Assembly (NCBI GenBank): GCA_937872425.1
Contig: CALMSM010000149.1
Location: forward strand, 1 to 55,191
Direction of reading: 5' to 3'
Origin: an uncultured Candidatus Saccharibacteria bacterium
Lineage (GTDB): Bacteria; Patescibacteriota; Saccharimonadia; Saccharimonadales; CALMSM01
Length of the DNA: 55,191 nucleotides
A program made the translations under genes and the position numbers. Under the pieces are notes generated by a model that searched no databases, was not told the origin of the DNA, and saw only the letters and a list, made by a program, of their open reading frames with translations. Within the stretch, counting starts at the first letter, position 1, and every line of letters begins with the position of its first letter. Positions 17,985 through 26,400 of this stretch are shown in pieces.

Positions 17985-18766
17985 CCACTTCACCAGTCAG
18001 GGAATACCGCACGGTCATTCAAGACAGCGGTGATCCTGGCTACGTTAACCGGCTGCTCATTGGGACGGCTACAACCGGCTTAGTGCATATCAAATGGGTG
18101 CAGGCCAGGTACGGGCAAATCATTCCGACGAACTGGAGCATGGTCAACATGTTGCAGTTTATGAATAGCTACATGCCACTACGCTACCAGGTGGCCGACG
18201 CTCAAAATCTGATTGTCAAAGAGGCAATTGAGCATGATTTTGAATGGTTATTTCTGCTAGAGCATGATGTGATTTTGCCGCCTGATGGCTTCATTCGCAT
18301 CAACGAATACATCAGGGAGAAGCGGCACCCGATTGTTAGCGGGCTTTACTATACCCGTTCGATGCCAAGTGAACCACTGCTCTACCGTGGCCGTGGAACA
18401 TCTTTTGTAACAGACTGGAAATTAGGCGACAAAGTGTGGTGCGACGGTGTACCGACTGGCTGTTTGTTAATCCACATGGGTATCATTCGAGAGATGTGGA
18501 AAGACAGCGAAGAATATTCGCTGAATGGCATTAAAACCAGGCGAGTATTTAACACGCCCAACAACATTTGGATCGACCCACAGACTGGCACCTTCAACAC
18601 AATGAGCGGCACGAGTGATTTGGACTGGTGTACAAAAGTGATTCAAGGTGACTATTTTGCGAAGGCCGGTTGGAGCGAATACCAAAATATGAAGTGGCCG
18701 ATGCTGGTGGATACCAACATTTTTTGCAAGCACATCAATATGAATGGTCAGGAATTCCCGGTATGA
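17981..18766 (+). CDS. Putative GT-A-fold glycosyltransferase
   Basis: WLFLLEHDVILPPDGF (DXD-like) and CDGVPTGCLLIHM motifs; ATGA coupling on both sides. Confidence 0.4.
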   Translation: MTTSPVREYRTVIQDSGDPGYVNRLLIGTATTGLVHIKWVQARYGQIIPTNWSMVNMLQFMNSYMPLRYQVADAQNLIVKEAIEHDFEWLFLLEHDVILPPDGFIRINEYIREKRHPIVSGLYYTRSMPSEPLLYRGRGTSFVTDWKLGDKVWCDGVPTGCLLIHMGIIREMWKDSEEYSLNGIKTRRVFNTPNNIWIDPQTGTFNTMSGTSDLDWCTKVIQGDYFAKAGWSEYQNMKWPMLVDTNIFCKHINMNGQEFPV

Positions 18767-18972
18767 AAATTAGCGAATTGATTCCGCAATTGCAAACGGC
18801 GCTAGACATTCATGGCGACGTAGATGTAGTGACACATTTGAACGGCAAATATCGACCGCTGCGCACGGCGTTTTTTTGGTCAACCTTATTTGTGCTGACT
18901 GATCGCTCTATGAGTGACACAATCAATATCGAGGTGGCCGATACTATTTCGCTTGGTGAATCTGTAGGCTGA
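18763..18972 (+). CDS. Hypothetical protein (69 aa; internal start of listed ORF)
   Basis: ATG 18763 overlaps the stop of the previous gene. Confidence 0.4.
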   Translation: MKISELIPQLQTALDIHGDVDVVTHLNGKYRPLRTAFFWSTLFVLTDRSMSDTINIEVADTISLGESVG

Positions 18973-18974
18973 TC

Positions 18975-20258
18975 ATGGCAAGAGCATCCGTACCAACGAT
19001 TGTCAGTTTGGATACATTCGCTAGATTACTGGCGATCAACCCGGTGCATTTTAACGGCGCTAGGGCTGATACCTGTTGGCCGTTGTTGGGTGGGTGCTCC
19101 GATGTGTGGCCGCAACACGCTTGGCAATCTCAAGGCGAGTTGGTTGGCCGTGAGGAAGTGGCTCAAGCGCTCTATGACGCCGAAACTGAAATACGCCATG
19201 TGCTAGGCTATGCGGTGGGGCCTGAGTGGGTAGTGCAAGAAGTCCATGATTACCCTCGTTTTTATCGGCGTGATTTGTCGGCTTACGGGCAGGACATCAG
19301 AGGACTAGGTAAGTCGGTTGACGCTACCTGGGGCAAAGTTATCAGTCCAGGCCAACGGGCGGTATCGGCCATTGCGACTAGCACAACTGTCACCTATAGC
19401 GATGCCGATGGCGACGGGTGGAAAGAACTAGCGACAATTACCACAAGCACGGTGCTTGACGATGTAGACGAAATTAAACTTTACACGGCTGGAAAATCCG
19501 GCGCTCCTGAATGGGAGATTAGGCCGGTAAAATCAAAAACCATTAGTGGCACCACCTTGACCATTACCGCTGATAGCTGGCTATTCATTAATCCCTCGCT
19601 TTGGGAAGCCTACCCGACCAGCAATGATTTTAGCGCTGTGGATATTGAGGCGACAACGAACTTTGTCACGACCGTGGATGTGTACCACGAGTACGCAGAT
19701 ACCAGTAGCACGAGCGCAACATTTTACTGGGAACCAACGCATACAGCGCCGTTCGCCTGTCCAGAATGCGCCGGGGTCGGTTGCACAGTTTGCACGCTGA
19801 CCACACAGACAGGTTGTTTTGCCATTCGTGATGCTGAAGCCGGGATTATCGCGCCGTTCCCTGGTAGTTACGATGAGGATACAGGATTGTGGGTTAGCGA
19901 AGGGTTTAGCGTGGCGCGTGACCCTGACCAGGTAAAGCTTTATTACCAGGCTGGGCATTTGTCGAATCGATTCTTGTCTGGGCAATCGCTTAATCCTGTT
20001 GATGATTATCTGGCTCAGGCAGTGGTGTGGCTAGCCGTGGCACGCATGGAATACTCAGTATGCAGTTGCAACAACGTGCGCAACGTCACGCAAGAGCTAC
20101 GCCGCGACCTGACCGAAAGCACGAAGGATGCCGCCTATGTTCGCACGCCCAACATGGATATTTTTACAAACCCATTTGGCACCCGTGTAGGTGAGGTCAA
20201 AGCATGGCAACGGGTGGCGAAACTCATGCCGAACAACTGGAAAGGTGGCGTGGTCTAA
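18975..20258 (+). CDS. Virion-module protein of unknown role (427 aa)
   Basis: First ORF after the sugar island and ahead of the neck/tail genes. Contains CPECAGVGCTVC. Confidence 0.4.
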   Translation: MARASVPTIVSLDTFARLLAINPVHFNGARADTCWPLLGGCSDVWPQHAWQSQGELVGREEVAQALYDAETEIRHVLGYAVGPEWVVQEVHDYPRFYRRDLSAYGQDIRGLGKSVDATWGKVISPGQRAVSAIATSTTVTYSDADGDGWKELATITTSTVLDDVDEIKLYTAGKSGAPEWEIRPVKSKTISGTTLTITADSWLFINPSLWEAYPTSNDFSAVDIEATTNFVTTVDVYHEYADTSSTSATFYWEPTHTAPFACPECAGVGCTVCTLTTQTGCFAIRDAEAGIIAPFPGSYDEDTGLWVSEGFSVARDPDQVKLYYQAGHLSNRFLSGQSLNPVDDYLAQAVVWLAVARMEYSVCSCNNVRNVTQELRRDLTESTKDAAYVRTPNMDIFTNPFGTRVGEVKAWQRVAKLMPNNWKGGVV

Positions 20259-20761
20259 TGGCATCCGCTTTAGCCTGGAAAACAATAAAACCGGCAAGAC
20301 TCAAGGATAAATCTTTGCGAATCACGCTCATTAACAAAGCTCGTAAAATCGGAAACGCCATGAAGCGTGACTTCCTAGAGACCACAAAAACTTGGGAGCA
20401 TAAAGTCGAATTCTCCATCGATGTGAGTACAAAAGGCCAGGGGCCAGCCGTTTTGGTTGGCACTGATGACGAAATTTACGGATACGTCAACGATGGTACG
20501 CCACCGCATATCATCAGACCAGTACATGCGAAGATGTTGCGTTTTGCTACCGGCTACGCTGCAAAGACATCACCCGGCGTACTTGCATCAGGTAGTGGCG
20601 GCGCGTCAGGCAGCATTGCATATGCAAAGATCGTCCACCATCCCGGCACGAAAGCAAGAAACTTTGACAAAGTGATTGCCGACAAATGGCAATCCCGCTT
20701 CAAGAGTGAGATGGAAGACGCCTTGCGGGAATTCAGAAAAGAATCAGGACACGCAATTTAA
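20258..20761 (+). CDS. Neck/tail-completion-type protein (weak HK97 gp10-like resemblance)
   Basis: Internal start with a TAATG overlap. Position is between head and tail genes; the YGYVNDGTPPHIIRP...HHPGTKARNF pattern is the only motif hint. Confidence 0.35.
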   Translation: MASALAWKTIKPARLKDKSLRITLINKARKIGNAMKRDFLETTKTWEHKVEFSIDVSTKGQGPAVLVGTDDEIYGYVNDGTPPHIIRPVHAKMLRFATGYAAKTSPGVLASGSGGASGSIAYAKIVHHPGTKARNFDKVIADKWQSRFKSEMEDALREFRKESGHAI

Positions 20762-21126
20762 TGATCATAACCAAACTTGTGCAACAGCACAATGACATAT
20801 ATCTCGTGGAATGGATAGAGGACGGTGTTTCCCAACGGGCATTGGTGACACCTGACATGATTGTTGATATATCGGGACAATCCGCAATCGTGAACTATCC
20901 AGAGCGCGGGATACCGTTTGGTGAGGACTGGACAGCCTACATTAGCCAGGTGGTCACGCCATCTATGTTTAATGCCAGGCTCAAACAGTCCGGTATCTGG
21001 ACTATAGAAGATTTGCAGAGTAGACCTAACGAAGTGCATGGGGCATTGCTGGCCGCAACTGCTAGCATACTTCAGGAGCTACTTAGCAATGTGAAGTTAC
21101 AAAGGAGTTCTCAAAATGGCTCGTGA
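20761..21126 (+). CDS. Head-tail joining region protein (121 aa)
   Basis: Positional call only. Confidence 0.35.
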   Translation: MIITKLVQQHNDIYLVEWIEDGVSQRALVTPDMIVDISGQSAIVNYPERGIPFGEDWTAYISQVVTPSMFNARLKQSGIWTIEDLQSRPNEVHGALLAATASILQELLSNVKLQRSSQNGS

Positions 21127-22597
21127 AGCCTTTTCAACGAAAGACGGTGCTGCCTGGATTCAAACAGGCGGGCCAAACACTATCCCCTACTATCTGGGGT
21201 GTACAGACGTGGACAGCATCGACGAATCGGGCGGCTTAATTGACACGCTCTATCGATGTTTTACCACGGATGGCACCGGCTGGCGCACGGTAGGCGCATC
21301 GATTAGCCCGCCTGACCCAGTGAAGACGGCGCTTACTACGTACATCGGCGAGGTCGCCAGTTATCTGGAAACGATTAGCTGTCCAGTGACGCTGTTTTTC
21401 CACAGCCGGGACGCTGGCAAAGCGGATTTGTTCACTAACTATAAGCGCACTTATGTTCTAAATAACTGCCTTGTGGGTGACAAATCCTATGAAAATGTGG
21501 TAATGAAAGAGACCGACGATCTCGGTTCTCAGAAATTCAGCATTTCTGCCTTTCCGCCAGTTCACAAGATTTATCAGGTGACACCGGTTCGTCAGTCCAT
21601 CAGTAGCACAATTTCGCTAAACAATATTCAGTTTTGTAATAGCGTGCGTTGTGCCACTGACAGCGGTGCGGCGCAAGCTATCTGCACTACTGGCTATGCT
21701 ACCGGCAATGCGCCGACCGGCTCGCCTTCTACCACGACCGACGTGCTGTATACCAGTGACGCCGGTTCCACATGGACGGCTACCGCTACCGACCCATTCG
21801 CCGTAACCGAGGATATCCGAGGCATCACATGCTTCCCTATTTCTTCAACCGTCACCCGTGTCATTGTTTCTCGTGGCACAACTGACGCTGGTAATCCGGC
21901 TGAAGTCGCCTACAGTGACGACACCGGCACCACCTGGAATCTAGTCAACGTTGGCTCGACCAACGCACAGTATACGCAAAACAGCGAGGGTTTATTCTCT
22001 CTGGATCAGTATACCGTGTGGATGGTCACAAATGGCGGCTACATCTATTTCAGCAGTGACGGCGGCGTTACTTGGTCAACGCAGAGCGCAGGCGTGGCTA
22101 CAACCAACGCATTGCATTGCGTCCATGCGGCATCAAACCGTGTGGTGTGGGCGGCCGGTGCATCTGATACCATTCTACGCAGTTTGGACGGCGGCACAAC
22201 CTGGGCGACGGTAACGGCCAGCGGCGCAGGCTCTACCATCAATAGCATTTTCGCTTTGGATGCGCAGCGCGCTTGGGTTGGCACGGCCAACGGTCGATTG
22301 TATTACACGTTGGATGGCGGCACCACCTGGACAAGACGCCGTTACACCGACGATACAGCCGGTAGTACGCACGCCATTAAGTTTGTTAACAGCCTAATCG
22401 GTTGGATGATCCACGATACCGCTTCACCGGTGGGTAGCATTTTTCGCACCATTGATGGCGGCTATACCTGGGAGAAATACACCACACCGACCAACGCCGG
22501 ACTTAATGACATCAGTGTTTGTAACAATAACTTGGTATGGGCTTGCGGCAATGTCAGTGGAACGACTGGCGTTGTCATCAAGGCGACCAACATCTAA
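21116..22597 (+). CDS. Major-tail-position protein fused to a six-Asp-box (BNR) beta-propeller-like domain
   Basis: Six SxDxGxTW repeats: SDAGSTW, SDDTGTTW, SSDGGVTW, SLDGGTTW, TLDGGTTW, TIDGGYTW. It lies immediately upstream of the chaperone-position ORFs and the tape measure. Confidence 0.6.
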   Translation: MAREAFSTKDGAAWIQTGGPNTIPYYLGCTDVDSIDESGGLIDTLYRCFTTDGTGWRTVGASISPPDPVKTALTTYIGEVASYLETISCPVTLFFHSRDAGKADLFTNYKRTYVLNNCLVGDKSYENVVMKETDDLGSQKFSISAFPPVHKIYQVTPVRQSISSTISLNNIQFCNSVRCATDSGAAQAICTTGYATGNAPTGSPSTTTDVLYTSDAGSTWTATATDPFAVTEDIRGITCFPISSTVTRVIVSRGTTDAGNPAEVAYSDDTGTTWNLVNVGSTNAQYTQNSEGLFSLDQYTVWMVTNGGYIYFSSDGGVTWSTQSAGVATTNALHCVHAASNRVVWAAGASDTILRSLDGGTTWATVTASGAGSTINSIFALDAQRAWVGTANGRLYYTLDGGTTWTRRRYTDDTAGSTHAIKFVNSLIGWMIHDTASPVGSIFRTIDGGYTWEKYTTPTNAGLNDISVCNNNLVWACGNVSGTTGVVIKATNI

Positions 22598-22611
22598 TTT
22601 ACTTTGTGGCA

Positions 22612-22685
22612 AAACGGCTTCGTGTGATTGGGCTGCGTCCTCAGTTCAGCACGAAGCCGTTTCGCTAAATATGAACTGAGGACGC
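22612..22685 (+). promoter_or_regulatory. Interleaved 13-bp and 14-bp perfect helices; the second sequesters the RBS of the next gene
   Basis: 22612-22624 pairs with 22650-22662. 22635-22648 pairs with 22672-22685, which contains GAGGA 5 nt upstream of ATG 22687. Confidence 0.55.
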
Positions 22686-22686
22686 A

Positions 22687-23334
22687 ATGAGTAAAACGAT
22701 TGACCAGGCGGACATTTTTACCGCCGAAAATGGCACGGCGATTGAGCTTTTAGCTATTCGACCATTTGAAATGGCAATGGTCACTGAAGCGCTACGCAAG
22801 AAGTACCCCATCCCGGCTATTCCCACCTACGAAGTGGAGACCATCGGCGGCGGGAAAGAACTGCGAGAGCATGATGAAACCACCGCAACTGATGACGCCG
22901 ACAAAGCGCTGTGGAAACGCTATCTTGCCAACAAAGCTGAAGCCGAGGGCAAGATTAATCAAGAGATGAACGATTACATCTTGGCGGCTGGCACCCATAC
23001 ACAATTCACCGTTGACCTTGATGCGCCGTGGACAAAGATACAGCGCAAGTTTGGTGTCATTATCCCTGACGACCCCGAAGACTTACGGGTGCATTATCTC
23101 AAAACCCGTGTGCTGAACGTAGACGACATCAACGAATTGCTGACCCGTATCATGTCGAAAACGGGCATCAAGGCCGACATGGTGGAGACGGCGAAAGACT
23201 CCTTTCGCGGTACGGTACGGCGGCAGCGACGGGAAACCGGTAGACTCACTGTTGATTCGGCAGAAGGGGAAGTGGTGGACAGCGAGCAGATTCATGGAGT
23301 TGAAGACGGCGAAGGCGTGGGGCTTGACGCCTGA
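22687..23334 (+). CDS. Tail assembly chaperone (positional)
   Basis: 215-aa acidic ORF directly upstream of the tape measure. Confidence 0.5.
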   Translation: MSKTIDQADIFTAENGTAIELLAIRPFEMAMVTEALRKKYPIPAIPTYEVETIGGGKELREHDETTATDDADKALWKRYLANKAEAEGKINQEMNDYILAAGTHTQFTVDLDAPWTKIQRKFGVIIPDDPEDLRVHYLKTRVLNVDDINELLTRIMSKTGIKADMVETAKDSFRGTVRRQRRETGRLTVDSAEGEVVDSEQIHGVEDGEGVGLDA

Positions 23335-23473
23335 CCAGTGGGATAACGAGAGTGACGCCAGCAAAGCGCAGATGCTAGGCTATGAGGATGTATCCGCAAC
23401 AATGGCCGCATACGATGACCAGGTGCATGAGGACAAAATGGAATCTGAGCGCAGTAAAGGTAGAGGTCGGTAA
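23252..23473 (+). CDS. Overlapping ORF ending at the tape-measure start (chaperone extension or separate 59-aa gene from ATG 23294)
   Basis: It is in the +1 frame relative to 22687-23334 and overlaps it by 83 nt. Its stop abuts ATG 23474. Confidence 0.35.
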   Translation: MIRQKGKWWTASRFMELKTAKAWGLTPDQWDNESDASKAQMLGYEDVSATMAAYDDQVHEDKMESERSKGRGR

Positions 23474-26400
23474 ATGGCAAAGCAGATAGGACTACAAGCC
23501 ACACTTGATATAGATGCTTTTCTTCGTGGCGCTGGGCAGTATCAAAGCGCTATCGATGACATGAACGGCAAGACGGCTAGTTTTGCCGGTGCCGCTGTTG
23601 GTCACTTTCAAGACTTTGGCGGGGCGGCGCTCAGGGCGTCTGCTGTAGTTGCCACAGCTTCGGCTGCCGTGATTGCCGCTATCGGTGCTTGGGTCGGCAA
23701 AGGAATTTTAAATGCCGCTGATTTGGAGGAAAAGATCAGCGGCATTGTATCGATTTTGGATGGCGATACCGTCAAGGCATTTGGTGGTGCAGAGAAGGCG
23801 GCAGCAGCATTTGATTCAGAGATTACCGATTTGGGTTTAGACCCAAATCTAAAGGTGACGGCAACCGAAGCGGCTGACGCCATCAATCAGCTTGTTTCGG
23901 CGGGCGTCCCTGCGCAAGCCGTCCTTGATGGTGCTGCCCATTCCACGGTTTTACTCGCCAATGCTACCGGCGCAGACCTAACGATGGCCGCCAATATCGC
24001 CGCGCATTCAATGTCTATCTTTGGTATTAAAACTGGAGATTTAGAGGATGCCGTAAGTAATATTGCTGGTGTAGTAGGTAAATCCACTTTTACTATTAGT
24101 GATTACAGTATGGCGCTGGCCGCTGGCGGCGGCGTGGCCGCTTCTGTTGGTGTAAGTTTTGAGGATTTTAACGCTACCATCGCTGCTACATCGCCATTGT
24201 TTTCCAGTGGCAGTGATGCCGGTACGAGTTTCAAAACATTCCTACAACGTTTGACGCCACAAACAGACAAAGCAGCCACGGAAATGAAGAGGCTAGGGCT
24301 TAACTTCTATAACGCCGATGGCTCTATGAAGTCCATGACCGAGGTTTCTGGATTGCTTCAGAAGGCTTTTAGTGGATTAACCGAAGAACAAAAAAATCAG
24401 TCCGCCTCTATCATTTTTGGCACTGATGCCATGCGTACAGCGTTTGCGCTGGCAAGCACCGGTGCCGAAGAATTCGACAAACTGAAAAATTCCATTGATA
24501 GCGTAGATGCAAACCAACAGGCTATCATCCGTGTAACAAATCTCAAAGGCGCTTTCGAGATTCTACAGGGTCAAATTGATGCTGTTCAATCGGCCATTGG
24601 TAAGAAGTTTTTACCCGTGCTTAGAGAGTTGACACAATGGGCCAGCGAGTGGGTTTCGCAGTACGGGCATCAACTGATCGATTTCTTTGGTCAGGTCGCT
24701 ACCGCTGTTGATGCATTTAGAAATGCGCTGACTGCTGGTGTATCACCAATGAGCGCTTTTTTCATAGCCATGTCTGGGTTCGGCGAAACCGGCATATATG
24801 TGGCGACGATTATTCAAAACATCGTTGAAAAAACACAGTCGTTTGTCATGGCGGCAACAGCAATATTGTCTCCAATTATCAGCGCTATTGCCTCATTTGT
24901 ATCGTGGAAAGACGTACTCATTACGGTTGGCCTAGCCATTGCTTCCGTGGTTATCCCTGCAATTTATGGCTTTATTGCAGCACTACTGCCGGTGATAGCC
25001 ACGGTGGGCGCTGTATTGTTGGCCGTTGCCGCATTGCGCAATGCGTGGGAATCCAATTTCCTGGGCATCCAAACCGGCACAATTGCAGCCATCACCTATA
25101 TCACTGGCGCTCTTGCTCCATTTACATCCTCGGTTGCCGAGCATTTTGGCGGCGCATTAACTGAGATTAAAAATTTTGCGCTAGGCAATCAAACGGAATT
25201 TACCAACGTTGCGGCCATTTGGGAAGGCGCTAAAACTTCAGCCACTACACTATTTACCGATTTATCATCTTTGGTCACAACCTATCTGCCCGTCTGGACG
25301 GCCAAGCTCACAGAGTGGAGTGTAGCCGCTTCACAGTGGATTACAGATGCTATCCCGATTGTTACGCAAAAATTGACAGAGTGGTATACCGCACTAGCGA
25401 CCTACATTGTCACAAATTACCCGACCTGGTTGGCTGCTATGGCATTGTGGGGCAATGCGGTATGGCAATGGATAGTTGATGCCACGGCGTTAGTTGTCGC
25501 ACAATTGGGTGCATGGTACACCGAGTTATCCACATACGTCTCTGGTCAGCTACCCACATGGCAAGCGGAATTGGCATACTGGGCTACAGCTACCTGGCAA
25601 TGGATTGTCGATGCTACCGGGTTGATCGGGGCAAAGCTTGGCGAGTGGTACACCAGATTATCCAACTACATAGCAGGCCAGTTACCTACCTGGAAGGCAA
25701 GCTTCGTTAAATGGGCGGAAGCAACATGGCAATGGATTGTTGATGCTACAACTGAGGCCAAATCAAAAATCACGATATGGGCGATCAGTATCTTGTCGTA
25801 TATCGCAGAGAATTTACCGGACTTGCTGATTGCGATGATCAAGTGGGCTGAGGCTTTAGTATCATGGATTGTCAAGGCATCAGCCGACATTGTTCCAAAA
25901 CTCGGCTTGTACATAGGATATATCCTCGGATGGATATTAGGACAAACGCTAACAATTGCATCCTATTTGCTACTGTGGGCCTCGGCTTTCTTGAGTTGGA
26001 TAGCTGACGTGATTGTCAAGATTGCGCCGGAGTTAGGGAAACTAGGCGCTGCAATTATCGCTGGCATTATCAGCATAGGCGCTGACATATTAAAAGCCTT
26101 TGGTAACATGGCGCTTGGCTGGGCCTACGCTCTGGTAACAACCGTAAACTGGACACAGGTTGGCATGAATTTAGCATTGGCGCTATGGAATGGATTGCGA
26201 TATGTCATAGTATTTACAGCGGCTATATTTAAAACGGCAATCGATGGAATTTTAAGCCTACTTGGTATCGCAGGGAATGCGGCATCTACAGTATTTACCA
26301 CTGTAGGCAAAAGCATCCTTGATGGTGTTGTGGCCGGTATCGGCGCACTCGTTGAAGGGAAAAGCCCGGTAGTTGCGAAATTTGACGAAATCATTACAGC

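Noticed and set aside
4003-18972. Island as a DNA hypermodification (base glycosylation) system
   Set aside because: No thymidylate-synthase-like hydroxymethylase, dNMP kinase or DNA-glycosyltransferase-type context is visible. The genes sit in the late structural operon rather than with the replication genes. This reading is kept only as a remote alternative.
23240-23340. Canonical -1 programmed frameshift between the two chaperone-position ORFs
   Set aside because: The downstream ORF is in the +1 frame, the -1 frame is closed, and no XXXYYYZ heptamer is present in the overlap.
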